From Hydrolagus colliei (Eukaryota): a stretch of 64,000 nucleotides of DNA. Made by a program: the position numbers and the translations under genes. The stretch lies in contig CM068757.1 in assembly GCA_035084275.1 (NCBI GenBank), positions 3,596,001-3,660,000 of the forward strand, written 5' to 3'. The notes below the pieces were generated by a model that did no database searches, was not told the origin of the DNA, and saw nothing but the letters and a program-made list of their open reading frames with translations. Below are positions 1 through 13,474 of this stretch, piece after piece. How positions within the stretch are numbered: position 1 is the stretch's first letter; every line of letters begins with the position of its first letter.

Positions 1-157
1 AAAGTCTATTAATACCTAAATCAATTTATAAATAACAGCTCTCGTATGCAGGGGTTTGCTGCTGGGATTCTTTCATGAGACAATCGAGAGACAATATCTT
101 CTAGCATTTGGATATATGTCATGCCTACATACAGGAACTCCACTGTGAAAGTAATAT

Positions 158-365
158 AAATAGTAATCTTTGCATTTGATGTAGCGTCTCTGATGCTGAA
201 TGGACGTCTCAAAGTGCTTCATGAGACACAACTGTAAAGTGAAGTGGCTGAGTATTTTGTAGGCAAACATGACAGCCAATTGGGTGTAGCAATACTTCAC
301 AAACAGCTATGAACGTTCTGACTCAGAGAGGCCAGAGTCCTACCAACTGAGGCAGACTGACACCT
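158..365 (-). mobile_element. Old tRNA-derived SINE (Deu-SINE family), internally deleted: head joined to tail
   Basis: Minus strand starts GGTGTCAGTCTGCCTCAGTTGGTAGGACTC...GAGTCAGAACGTTC (tRNA-like head) and ends ...GCACTTTGAGACGTCC...CTACATCAAATGCAAAGATTACTA, the tail shared by the other SINE copies here. Confidence 0.75.
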
Positions 366-3300
366 CATAGATAGTTTTGGTGCATATTCCTGTGAGTCAG
401 TGTGACGTACTTCCAACTTTCCTATTAAGAATTCGCTTAAAATCTCAGTCTCATATACGCCTAGCTCCCTTTTCATTAGGTTGTTCCGAGTGAGTTGACA
501 ACAGTGAAATGGAAATGAACACTGCCAAACTTATTGCTCATATTTTCTTATCTGACACATGTGGAATGAACACCAAGATGATCAAATATAAAACTCCATG
601 TTGTGCCACATGAACATGCAAGACATGTGCAATATTGCATGTCGACGAGACTTTTCGTTTCCTGTCTGGCTTATTAACTACAACCAGCAATAACAGCCAG
701 TGCCATATTGAAATTAATCCAATATTGGTGTCATCTGAGCACAGCTATTCAACCTTTGATCTATGTCACCAAGTACAAGGAGTAGGTAAAGCTACCTGTA
801 AATACAAAATATTTTTCAAGTGCTTCTAAGCATTTTGATTAAAATAGATTCATAAATGAAGCTGCAATAGCTGAAAATAAGAATTGGTTTTCCGGGCTGA
901 GAAACAGCATTTAATTTTACATGTAAAATAATTCGAATGAATAAGCAGTCAGACACCACTATCGCCAACCACCTTGTCATTTATTATGACCTAATTTGAT
1001 TTGTGGGCATTAATTCCTTAAGGAAATCAGGAATTATGGCTCAGTGATCTTTGAACCGCAGCATCGAATCAAAGGTAAACCTCGAAATGCGATAACTGAC
1101 AATAGTATCCTTGGTGTAAGCAGACATCAATCTTATTTGGTCTCATTACAGCGAAAATTGCAGATTGCCAAAAAAACAGCAGCATTTTTTGCTGCCACCA
1201 GGAACAGGGCAGCACAAAAGCCATAGTCCTCGAACAAGCGTCTCTTTAAATCTGTGTGGTTCGTATTTACCAGCACCTTTGTGCTGCAGTCTTTGTGGAA
1301 TTCTACCAAAGGCACAACTTTCACAGAATTAAATGGGGTTTCAAGTGTCTGTAGAGGAGACAATCGGTCTAAATCATTGGATTTGCCAAAGGATTAGGAC
1401 ATAGTGAAAGCTGCACATAGCCAGATGTGTCTCATTGAGACTCCATTCGGACGCCACTCTCATCTTTAAACTCCTGGATTTCCACCTCGGTCCTCCCGAC
1501 AGAATATTGGCATCAGAGCAAAGCTCCTGATCCACTAATTACATCTCCCTTTGTGGGGCTAGAAATATAAACCCCAAAGGAATGTTGTTTTTTTCAATAT
1601 CAGAGAAGAGCAATCTGACAGCGAATACCAAGAGGCTAGCAACCCAAGAGAATTGAGTGGTTGGAGAATGAGAGGAGACTGAGCAGCTGGCTGCTGGTAT
1701 GAAGATCGTCTAATTGACCCTTCCCCCACTCCAAAAAAAAAATGATGAGAAGAACGGAAATAAAGGTTTCAAACTTCAACTCTGTAACTGGTTTGAAAAA
1801 TGAAATAGTCCAAAAATATATTTTCAGTGGGAATCGATGAAGAGGAATTACGGGGGAATAGGCAAGAGGGTGCCTTGTTGCTAGATGTTAACAACTAACA
1901 ACAATAACAACAACTTGTTCCATGCCAGGTAGCATGTCAGAGCACTTAACTGTGGCAGAGCTACAAGCCAGCTGAGGGTGGGGGAGGAGGGGAGATGTGG
2001 CTGGTACTGACAAAATAGGTCTCTGAACTGTCTTCTGCTGTGTGTGCTGAAACACTCTCGGCATTTTTAGTTTAATCAGCCTTCCTTAATTCAATAAGTT
2101 TCACTTCCAGCTAAGCTTTTATAATACACGGTGTGTAGACTCATTTATTGGTACATTATCATAATACTGCACAACAATAAAAACATCAATGCAATAATAA
2201 TATTCATAATCATCATGAAAGTCTCAAAACACTTCACAGGATGTACTGTAGGTGTGGTTAGTTTGTATTTGTAGACAATCTTGCATTTCAAAACACTGGT
2301 ACAATTTAAGCACCTACATCAGCCAGCAACTCATTGATAATACCTTATTTTCAAAGATAATGGGATCTAATTCGTGGTATTCCCTAAACAGATTCCTTAG
2401 TAATTGTACACCAGTCGTGGAATGGTTGAACGGTTGAACCAACCTTTACTGTTTGATACAGGCTTTATTAATACTAAACAAAAATATGATTCCAATAACT
2501 AATGTAAATTAGAGGATAGAGCCGGCAAAAAGCAATTACTGACTTCCCATAATGACTTCTGTCTGCTGCTCCCCCCTCCCATCAATTATAATATCATAAA
2601 GCCGATCATAAAATCGGTTTGCATCAAGGATCAAAGTGTTTCTTTTTCACCAATTCCTTAAGCACTCCGAGATGCTACCCTACCTGAATTAAAACCCTGT
2701 TAAATTTCAGCACCGAAAAGGATTTTAATATATTTTCCAGCCTTGCCATTTTCACATCCTCTTGACATCTCTCGCCTTTGTTCCACTCGCATGTATATCT
2801 TATTACTCAGTGTCTTATTGTGTTATACCTCCATACATCTGGTTCAATAAATAATAAAGTATTCTTTGATCCCTGAATTTATGAGCTTCCATTTCTAAAA
2901 GTTAGCTCTCAATCCTGGCCTTGCTGAATTTAGATTTATATTACATATATATTATACATATAAAAACTGCAAATAAACAGGATTTTTTTCCCTTAAAAAC
3001 AAGCAATAATATTGAGCTACAAAAGGATAAAGGGCAAAGCTTGGCCTATAGCTACACAGCAATCTATCACATTGATCGCCATTGGGACTCACATCCACAG
3101 CTTAATTCCCTGAACTGCTTTTCAAAGAGTCTTTGCCAGCCCGAGCCATTTTTTTAAAAAAAAGGAATTCTACCCAATTTTTTTTAGAGGAAAAAAAATT
3201 ATTGTGTCCGTGAAAGTAAAGGATGTCAATTTTAGGGAATGGAGCTCTTTTCCACCAACATTGGTAACCATGGTGATGGGGCTTGAAGGCAGTAGAACAA

Positions 3301-3700
3301 GAGGGTGTAGGTTTAGAGTCTTAAAGGGCAATTTCAGGACAGGCCCCAGGAAGTTTGTCTTGAGCCAGAGGGTCATTTAACAGCTGGGACGGTTTGCCAG
3401 GACCCAGGACTAATTTTACAAACATCTTAATGATGGAAAGACTGTAAAGTATTCTGGGTGGACAGACACTGATGTTTCTTGCTTGGGATGTTTTATAATA
3501 TTGAAGACTGGATGTGCATAAGGAAGATGAAATCACACTATTGTAACCCAAGTAAATTTGTCCGATTAACACTGTTACATTTTAAAACACATGAATTGGC
3601 AAACGTTACTAATCATTTTAAAGGTAATTCAATTTAGTTTTCAGTATTTCATAACTAGATTACTTATAAGTTGCATTATTAACAATGAACTGGACCACAT

Positions 3701-3985
3701 TAATAATAATAATCCTTGCATTTGATATAGCGCTTTTCACATCTTATTGACATCTCAAAGCGCTTCACAGAATATACTGTAAAGTGAATTGACTGTATAT
3801 TTGTGGGCAAAATGCGGCAGCCGATTGCACACAGCAGTATCCCACAAGCAGTCGTGGATTGAAATGACCAATTTTTATTATTGTGGTTTTTGGGGGATGG
3901 ATTATTATTATTAGGCGTGTGGAGTAAGGAAACTTGCTAAGTTTTCGCCCTGAGCTGCCTGGATTCAAACACAGCTTGTAAGGCG
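3701..3985 (-). mobile_element. tRNA-derived SINE (young family), head partly truncated
   Basis: Aligns by eye with the copies at 34071 and 49103 over tail, body and B-box region; (TTA)n terminus. Confidence 0.9.
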
Positions 3986-5462
3986 TGATTGAATCATGAT
4001 TGGAACTAGACTGAGACAATATACTGCAATTTGGATCATCTGTCCTGCAATGTGTATCTGTAAGTAGTTAACAGCTCAGTATAGGATCCAAGTGGCAACA
4101 GCAATAACAACAAAATTACATCAGACTGATAGCAGACCTAGAAATAGTTTGATAAGATGAAGGGAAAATAGAAAAATCATAGCATGGAAGGAGTTAACCA
4201 ATCCTTAGCAATATGTTATTGTCCAATTGCCTTGGCAACAAGTCCAACCACTTGCTAAGATACCACCTTAAACTGCCCTGCAATAGATCCCATTATTGCC
4301 TGCCTAAATATTGTAGCCCTGACTCTTACCTTTAATATTTTGCCTGCTAAATGGTGGATGTATTATTTTCAAATGCTCAAGTGCAATGCAACGGCAAGTG
4401 CAGCGAGGACCATTTTAGTTTGATGTAAATTGTGTGAAAATGAAGCAATAAAAAACACTCCAATTTACTGTACTGAGGACTCAAGTACAGTAGGTAATTC
4501 AATTAAAAGGACAAAATGATCAGGTCAAGTCCTTCAATGAAACCACTTACATTCAGATTGTTATTACAGTGCAGATGGAAATTCTCTGCTGGGATTTGGT
4601 CATGGAATTGATCTTAGTCCTAGAATCATCTTATTTGCGATAATCTTATTGTCCAGTTGTCGCTCACTGATTGCTTTTGGTGATAATCCTATTTTTGGTG
4701 CAATTACTACAAACTCATGCTTCGTAGCCAGAGCTCAACCCAGTCCGAATGAATCAGGGCATGTCTATTAAGTCATGAATTGAAACAATAATTAAGGGGC
4801 CAGCCTTGATTGAACCATTCCACCATTGGGATGAGCAAGAGGCAAGACCATGTTTGATCGGTAGTTCATGCCATCACTAAGAAGTACTCAATCACAAAAA
4901 GTTATTTTGTTGGCTTACGAAGGTTGGCCACAACTGCATTAGACCATCCTGATATCTCCCTGACCGCAATATCAATGTGCAGCAACTCATAGAAGTCATG
5001 GGCCCAATGTTCGGCCAATGGCAATGCTTGAAACATTTACTGACGCAATGCTTTTTTCTCGTGACGTTTAAAGTTACTATACAAATGTCAAAAAAGCAAA
5101 TCCCTACAAGAGAATGTGTTGAATGACATTCCAGTGGTTGAGAGGTAATGATGCTTAACTATCAACAAAGTTACCACCAGAGCATTCTTGCCACTCAGAC
5201 AGGATGATTGCAGGTTTCCATTTTGTTCCCCGAGTTTTGTTGTCATGAGGACTTTCCCTGAGTTTCAAGCATGTGGTCACAGAAAATACTCAACTGAAGC
5301 CGCGACAATTGAGATCTCATAAGCGTCTTGTCAATTCAGGTGGATGTATTTGATAGATCGTACATTGAAAAACATCTTGAAAATGTTAGGTTTTTTTGTT
5401 AAAAAAATTATTGTCGAGCAGTTACAGGGGTTGCAAATAAAATATGATGCATATATGAAAAC

Positions 5463-5505
5463 AACTAACTAACTAACTAACTAACTAATTAACTAACTAA
5501 CTAAC
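5463..5505. repeat. (AACT)n microsatellite
   Basis: About 10 tandem AACT units with one AATT variant. Confidence 0.95.
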
Positions 5506-7032
5506 ATAATAGGCTGTTTTGTGAAATAGCAGTTGAGAGGATGGATCCTAACTTAAAATTACATCGCCATACCATCCAAATTTTACTACTTTGAGGAAAA
5601 TTTAGAGCTGATCAAATATCAGTGAGCTCAGCCCATCTAAATTCTAAGTATAAAACCAAAGAGTGATCGATATGTTCCACTGTCTATGTGTCGCAAAATT
5701 GTTTGTGTTGATTTTATAGCTTGCTTGCAAACAGAGATGAAAGGTTTTCCTTTACCCAACTGGAACAATAGCAAAACTGACTTATTTTTAATGATTCATT
5801 CATTTTAAACTCTGGCTGGTGGATGACGCCGGAGTTATTGGGTGTTACTCAGGTTTACTGATTGTCTGTCACCGGCCAGTGTCAGAGTAAAAATTATTTT
5901 CATTCATTGATTCTTTCAATGGATGGGGTCCAATTGCTGTCCCTATCAACACATTGGTGGCATTTACAACAGTGACAGAAAACAGTGCTACAACTTCACG
6001 ACTGCCAGTGAGTTGGCAGATTATTGTACAGTGCTCACAATGACAGTTTTTAGTATTCCTATGGAGTCAGCTCAAGATTCATATTAAGGCTGGAACCATT
6101 AATCTTTGAGGTAATTTAATAATGATCTCACAATAGTAGCAATGGTGTCGTGAAAGAGGCCTGGAAGGGCAGCAATGTAATAAAATGCGGACGTCACATG
6201 TCTCAGAGCCAAAATGTTGGATGAGACTGCATTGGAATTGTATCGTGCAAGTGATCATTGTGAAACGTCAGAATTGGACAGTACATTGCCTACTATTTTA
6301 CCCTCATTGAGTAATGTGATTCATCGACAAGTCTAACAATATCAAAAGGTTTATGACACTGACATCTCAATATTGGTTTAACAATACCACTCTTATAAGT
6401 CCCATTGCTGAGCTACAGTAAGAGGGGCACCCATAGCAAGGAATGATGATATACCAGGGCCTATTTCAATTACTGATTTAACGGGAACATAAACAAGAAA
6501 ACATTGCAGCCTAATTCCTATTTCAATGGGACTTCCTTTTCATCTGAGAAAGGCCAATAAAATCTCATAAAGTAAGACATGATTAATCGCACATAATACA
6601 TTTATAAGTACATATTAAGCATCTCACTGGAAATTGTTTTATATATTTAGAAACTATCCACAGACGATATTGCTATAGAGTCACGGTGTGATCTAGGCAG
6701 CTTATAAAATATTAAAAATAATTAAACAGAATGATGGCACAGGGTCAGGAACATATGTAAATTAGAGAAGAGAATTACAGAGAAATGAGTCATTAATAAC
6801 ATTTGAAATCTGTACTTAAGGCTCAATGCTTCTGCGGAACAAATGAAATATAAAACGCAATATGGGCTTCTTGCTCTGGGCTCAACATTCTCATTCCTGT
6901 GCTAACAGGAAGAAAATGAGATGATCGTTCGCCTGTAGATGGTGCAAAGGACAAAGCTTTGCAAAACTGAAGCAAATGGCAGACCTTCAATAGAAGCGTT
7001 TGTCCAACAAAATTGCCTACAAAGTCACTTTG

Positions 7033-7092
7033 CAATAGATTCTATGAAGCGCTTTGAGACGTCTCAACAACACGACAAGGCGCGATATCAAA
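7033..7092 (+). mobile_element. SINE 3' tail fragment
   Basis: GAAGCGCTTTGAGACGTC...GCGATATCAAACGCAAGGATTATTATT. Confidence 0.8.
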
Positions 7093-7384
7093 CGCAAGGA
7101 TTATTATTATATTAAATGAATACCCAGGAAGATAAAGTTTTGTTTCATGTGAACAGAAAGGTTGAGCAATAAATATCTTGTTCATGAATTTCCCTGCGCT
7201 ACTGTCATTCACCTCTCTGTTGTTACAGTAAGATATTTCAAATATTGAACACAAGTGTGGATTTTTTTTGCAAAGATTAAAAATGACTACTATACAATAA
7301 AGTTAACATTTACTACATATGTTTTGTATATATATAGATATATATATTCAGTATATAGACATATATATGCAGTATATCTAAACG

Positions 7385-7525
7385 TATACTGATAGTGACT
7401 TTCACATTGGGAGGGTCCAAAAGTGGTCGACAATGTGAGTTAGGGTGAGAGATGAGGAGCGCGAGGACCGAGGAGATGGGGAGGGGAAAGATGACCAAAA
7501 GTATGGTCAAACAGGTAAGTTTCTT
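7385..7525 (-). mobile_element. Degenerate L2 LINE 3' UTR fragment
   Basis: Minus strand C-rich tract followed by CCCAATGTGAAAGTCACTAT, resembling the L2 ends at 35440 and 54330. Confidence 0.5.
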
Positions 7526-7835
7526 AAGTCGTGCAATGTTAGCTCCCTAATGCAGTCCTAATGCATAGAGTTACTCAGCTATCTGTAAATGGGGTCTTCT
7601 ACTCGGTCTACTTTATGCGTCACTAAGTCTGGACGGTAAGTAATGTTTCAGAATGAAGAGGTCACAGGTACCGAATTCCAGGGTGGAGATTATTGAAATG
7701 TGTGGTCTTGATTGTGATAAGCGTTGTCAGGTTTTGGCTGTGACACTGTATGAAACATGACCCCTGTCACACCGCCACAGAGTCAGTGCCTGTGACATTC
7801 ATTGAGAAATCCGTGGCTCAATTCCCCCCCGACTC

Positions 7836-7836
7836 A

Positions 7837-7867
<31 letters not shown>

Positions 7868-7869
7868 TC
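7836..7869. repeat. (CT)n microsatellite
   Basis: Tandem CT run. Confidence 0.95.
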
Positions 7870-8454
7870 AATGGAAAGCAGTTGAGTTAAACCCGGGGAG
7901 AGGTTTAAAAATAAGACTGCACTTGAAAAGAAATGTGAGCAAATCCTAACCACGGCATTGAAAAACAGTGAATTTCGTGATCACATATGGCATCGAAGTC
8001 ACAGTTAGCCTCCAGCTACCAACCCACTCTTCCTACCAAAACAGAAACATGCACTATCTTAGTCTCAAATACTTCACTGTTGGAGGACAAATGCCCCACT
8101 CCGACTTTAGACTTTCTAAAAAAAATTCTTGCCCATCTTTTCCTCAACACTTCGCCCACCGGGGGGGGGGGGAAACTTTACATTGTGCAATTTATTCCCA
8201 AATAATCTGCCATTGCAGTTCTGAAGCTGCCCACAAGGAGGTGCGTGAGTTTAGCTTTCCTTCCTCTCGACAAGAAGACGCTCCTAACTTCTACTCAGTC
8301 TCTTCTCAGAACTGCAGGGTAATGTATAAAGTAAGGCACTTCCTACTCTACCAGCGTGCAACCCATTCCTATTAGCAACTGACTAAATCGAAGAACCGTA
8401 CAGTTACCAACTGCCTGTACAGGCTAACAGGTCAAAGGCCTCACCTCCTCCCAA

Positions 8455-8980
8455 CCTCCTCACTACAGAAAGGATGTGAAGGCATTGGAAAGGGTACAAC
8501 GAAGATTTACTAGGATGGTGCCAGGATTGAGGGACTTCAGCTATGAGGAGAGGCTAGATAGGCTAGGGTTATTCTCTCTGGAGCAGAGAAGATTGAGGGG
8601 AGACCTAATAGAGGTTTATAAGATCATGAGGGGTTTCGACAGGGCAAATAGAGAAAAACTATTTCCACTCGTGGGTGAATCTGTGACTCGTGGTCACAGA
8701 TTTAAAATAGTTTCAAGGTGAAGTAGAGGGGAGCTGAGGAGAATTTTTTTCACTCAGCGAGTTGTTCGAATCTGGAATGCATTGCCTGAAAAGGTGGTGG
8801 AGGCTGATTCGATAACAACTTTTAAAAGGGAGTTAGATCTTTATTTAGGGAGAACGGGTCTATTAGGCTATGGGGAGCGGGCAGGGCAGTGGGATTGAAT
8901 CGCTCTTTTCAAAGAGCCGGCACAGACTAGATGGGCCGAATGGCCTCCTTTTGTGCCGTAAAATTCTATGATTCTATGAT
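8455..8980 (+). mobile_element. 5'-truncated CR1 LINE: ORF2 C-terminus, 3' UTR and (ATTCTATG)n tail
   Basis: Translates PHYRKDVKALERVQRRFTRMVPGLRDFSYEERLDRLGLFSLEQRRLRGDLIEVYKIMRG...RGHRFKIVSR*SRGELRRIFFTQRVVRIWNALPEKVVEADSITTFKRELDLYL...GQWD*, a typical CR1 ORF2 end with one internal TGA (8719-8721). Followed by GATGGGCCGAATGGCCTCC and ATTCTATGATTCTATGAT. Confidence 0.97.
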
Positions 8981-10060
8981 AAACACACCCAACTGCTGAA
9001 GATACAGTCAACACCACACACCCTCCTTCCCCCACCCTGTCCTATTGTGCAGTGCAGTTCCACAGCTTTCTTGTCCTGTGAAGCACGTCGAGGCATTTCA
9101 ACAACTTGACCAGGCGCTATGCCAATAACAAGGAATGTTATTGTTTCATCTTTCTCCCAAGGCGGACAATAAAAGTTTGCCTTGTCTGAACTTCTCAGAT
9201 TTCTATCAATATGACTGGTTTGCACGATTGACTGAAATCAGTGTTTCTCATTGGCAAGCTGTCATGGGGGATGAATCCATCCTTTGTCTTCGCGCAAGGC
9301 ACTTCACGTATCTCCGTCAACAAGTGACAACATGGATATCATCAGCTCAAAATAGAAAAGCCAATGGGCGCTATAGATCGTGGCGTTTCTTTTCACAAGA
9401 CCACAGCAACACAGCCTTGTGCACATCTTTCAATATTAACAACTGCAGTGGTGCGTTTTGATGAGAAGATTTGTCCTGAATAGGCTGCGGTCAGAGTTGA
9501 CCACACCGTACATATCTTGTGTGACTCATTCAATGCATATTTTATGGACACACATTCCCAGTATAGCACAGGGATGGTTCACATCATCAAACTAGGCTCA
9601 TGTTTTACGTACTTTTTTTGCATCAATTCCAAGAATTGACAGCGTTGCCAAGCTTATCATTGAACTGTGCAGAGAACTGACACTACATGTTGCTGTCGTG
9701 TTCAGCGCGTTCAAACTTTCCCCCAAATTGCTACTGGCTGTCGGCTGATTTCAAGGATGTGTAAAGGTCATGCTTGAAAGAGACAGGGACACCAGTAGCA
9801 CAGTTCTGCTTGCCAATTTACCAAAGAAAACAGTAAAAGTTTAGCCTCGTAAACAGACATTTGCATTGGGATCCCTAACTAACTGCTTCACAGAAAATCA
9901 GTGAAAAGTTGATCTGGACATTTAGGCTGCTGCAGGCACAATGCTGTTTGCGTGCCACCTTGTGTAAAAAGTCAGACTGTCCAACAAGTAAATGCAGGGC
10001 CTGGTTTACTTTAGTTTGCACACTTGCTGTTGGCAAAATTTAAACAGTCCATCAGAAGAT

Positions 10061-10298
10061 TATAATAATAATAATAATTCTTGCTTTTGATATAGTCACT
10101 TATCACATCTTCGAGACATCTCAGAGCGCTTCACGGAATATACCGTAAAGTGAATTGACTGTACAGTGTGCGGGCGAAACGTTATACTCCGAATGCAGCG
10201 ACTTTTCGTGTCGTCGACGCGCCTCAAAGCGCTGCACAGGATTTTACTGCAAAGTGTGGCGACTGTGTATTTGTCAGCAAACACAGCAGTCAATTCGC
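10061..10298 (-). mobile_element. Two SINE 3' fragments in tandem
   Basis: Tail motif CTCA(G/A)AGCGCT.CAC.G.AT.TAC.G.AAAGTG occurs twice (about 10120 and 10223), same orientation. Confidence 0.8.
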
Positions 10299-11733
10299 AA
10301 AGGAATTAACACTGGGTTTATTTCTGCCACTTGGAGAACTCACGGCCACGTTTTCAACCATGGTGCTTTTTTAAAGAAGGTGGTAATGTTTGGGATTCGA
10401 AAAATATTTGAGTTCCTCCCTCTCAATTAGTTTAGATGGGGCTGAGGACATCCACCAAGCTTTCAGCCCACAGCTTTCCAGGCTGAGCTCAGATGTTAGG
10501 TGCGATTGAGCTACTCATGATGCTCAAGAACAGAGTTACCAAACAAAAATAGTGCCTTTAATATACTTAAAATACTAACATTTGAGAAATATTGTCTAAT
10601 TTCACAAATGTAACATGGCTATGATAAGAATCCTTGTGGAATGTCCCATGGTGTTTCACAAGAAATTGCTGTCAAGTGTAGTGACTGTGTATTAACAGGA
10701 AAAGCACTGGGACACATAATGGATGCACATGCCATGGCTATAGCTGTGCATTGGGAACTTGATGAAGTGTAAAAGCCGCAACTGAATTCAACATGTAAGT
10801 ACAACGGCATTCCGTCGAAATGCAGCACAAATTCAAACAAGTGACTGAAGCCCTCAACACTACTTAACATGTACAGTGTCTTTGTAACTTCTACGTTCAA
10901 AACAACCAACACAAATAATAACATGTCGTGAAACGGGCCCTGTCTGCGAAGGCTTTTGTGCGCTCTTATCTAGAATTCAAATGTCAAATCATTAAGGAGG
11001 AATCTGTGCCACTGTGGGAACAGCGATCGCAGACATGGTTTTCTCTTTGTAGCAGATAATTGATTCTTCGTTCCGCATGTTTTCTAATTGCATGCGGCTC
11101 GGGCTGCGGTTGGACTCAAATCCACAGGAAACAGAAGCTGTGAGAGGGCCCAGAGCAAGACGCTCTGAGGTCCGTTCACAATGGTGTTGCCTGTCTCACT
11201 CGCACGGCCAAAAAGCTGAATAGAGATGACCAGGTCACATCAGTTGGCCACGAGTAAAAAAAGAATGTCGCGCAGCATGTATAGATACAAACCTGATGAA
11301 ATGAAATGCTGGCGATGGCACAGCTAGCGCAAGTCTCATCAAATCCTTTGCCTTGAAATCACACCGCCGTATGAGAGAACGTATCCTCATCAAAATTAGA
11401 ATTTGTTTCGACCGGACTCCTACAAAACACCCAGGTGTGGGCGTTCAAACGTTCAGCTAGTTGGTGTTGAACGGACCCACCAGAAAGCCCCAAGGTTGAC
11501 TCAAAAGTCGTGGGACTTTGTGGTCTAAAAATCAGATTCAGAAAAGAGACAAGATCACACATTGATTTGATACAAAACGAATGCATGCACAAAACTTGCA
11601 TTCATTTAACGCCCTTCCCTGAGTTAGTGTCATGGAACGCTTACACTAAGTAGCAAATAATGCTTCACAACTTGCCTCATATTTGGTCATGTAATTCATC
11701 CTCATTAAAGTTTAAATAAATCAATCTTCTCTC

Positions 11734-11792
11734 TCCCCGGAACCCCCCACCCCCCCCCAACCCGCCCCCACCCCCAACCCGCCAACACCCCC
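11734..11792. repeat. C-rich low-complexity tract (potential G-quadruplex on minus strand)
   Basis: More than four runs of CCC+ separated by 1-5 nt. Confidence 0.7.
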
Positions 11793-13114
11793 AGATTCAT
11801 TCTCTCCAGGAAGCAATGTATAATTTGTGAATATAGAGGTACAAATTTTCGGAGGAAATTGATGGGAAGTTTTGTAGGGTCAACTCAATAGAATGTAATG
11901 TTCAATTATATGTTTTTTTTAAAAAAGCAAGCACCCTAAGTTAACGGTCGCAAAAGCTGATTCTTTCGAGCTGGTAGTAACAGGTACTTTTATTTTCATC
12001 CGTCCAACTTTTGTTTCCACCGAGACAGAAATCAGGTGTTGAATCAGAAGTGTAACTTTTCCTCCCTTTGTACTGACTGCCCTTTGGACCAAAGTACTCT
12101 GCAAACCCAACCCGGATGCAAAAAGAGAAGCCCATCCCATGGTACTCCCCTCAAACATACCCTCAGAAGAGTTTTAGCATTAGCCTCCCCTTCCATCTCC
12201 CTCTCCCCCCTCCCTCCAGGACAAATCTGGCTGAGTAGCAGAAATCCCCACATTTACTGGTATTGATGTCTGTTCAATGCGTCAGGAAAATGCAGGCAGA
12301 GTGTGTGGGCAAACGACTGCTGTCTCTTTAATCAAGGGATATTGGAAAGTAGGACCTAGTGATGAGGTGGTGGTTCACTAATTTGTCATCCACACAATCT
12401 GATCTGTTTCAGGGACTGCAGTGCTAAAGCTATTCATCTTATAAGAATTTGAGTGGGGTGGGGGGGAAGAGAAGAATCCAATTTTACTTCACAAAGAAAT
12501 GGGATAATAGGATAATGAAGCTCAAATCTTACCTCTGTATTAATCTGTGAGAAAAACGACCGATCATCCAAAAATCAAACTAAAACAGTTGGCATTTGTT
12601 TTCTTGTAAAGCTAGACTTTGGGGTTTTAAGCAATTAAATAAAGATTTAACACAAGGATGGTATAAACAATGACTCATAGGTCACAAGTGGGTGGCAGGT
12701 GACAGAGGGAAGCCTAAAGCGGTTAGGGCTTTGATGTGAGTCACCGCACACACTTCTTATTGTGAGTTATTACTTTTTGTTGAGGTGCGATTTAAAGTCA
12801 GACTCAATGCAACATCACAGCTCTGGCCAGATCTAAAGTTCCAACTCTGGACATCAGCTAGACACTTTAGCAATGTTGCCATCTGTTTCCTCCTCCTCCT
12901 CTGCCTCCTCATTCCCTACGCAGCAAACTAAGACATATAAAGAGTAATAGATACCTAAACATATTAAAATGCAGTACATCTCACAAGTATTTGGCACTTA
13001 TCAGAGCAGTTTTTTTTTGAAAATATATTTGGCCGTCTAAAGTCAGTTGAATTAAGTGTTATCTGTGTCTGAAATCTTTGCATTAAAATGGTCTCTTTTT
13101 CACTGGGAAAGGCA

Positions 13115-13474
13115 AATAATTACTTCGCAGGATTTACTGTGAAATGGAGTAACTGTATTTGTAGGCAAATGTTGCAGCACAATTACACACATCAATGTTC
13201 CACAAACAGCCATGAAAGAAGTGATCAATTTTGATTTGGGGGATTGTTGGCCAGGACACTGGGAGAAACGCTCTTCTCTTTTCAAATAGTACCATAATCC
13301 ACCTGAACAGACAGGCAGATGAGACCTCGGTTTAACATTTCATTGGATAATCCCCAGCGCTGTATTTGAGTGTCATCTTAGACTATGTGAGTTCAAGTCC
13401 CACTGCGGGATTTGAACCCGCAACCTTCTGATTCAGACAGAGGTGAGAATGGTACCGCCGAGCCAAGCTGACGC
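13115..13474 (-). mobile_element. Near full-length old Deu-SINE (tRNA head + Deu core + tail)
   Basis: Minus strand GTCAGCTTGGCTCGGCGGTACC...GGTTGCGGGTTCAAATCCC (B-box); Deu-like core TGAAATGTTAAACCGAGGTCTCATCTGCCTG...GGTACTATTTGAAAAGAG...CCCAGTGTCCTGGCCAACAATCCC; then GGCTGTTTGTGGAAC. Confidence 0.85.

Noticed and set aside
7241-7257. 17-mer AATATTGAACACAAGTG also present inverted near 52195-52211
   Set aside because: One AT-rich 17-mer match is plausible by chance in 64 kb on two strands, and the flanks do not extend
8476-8721. 81-aa ORF as a host gene
   Set aside because: It is a 5'-truncated CR1 ORF2 remnant
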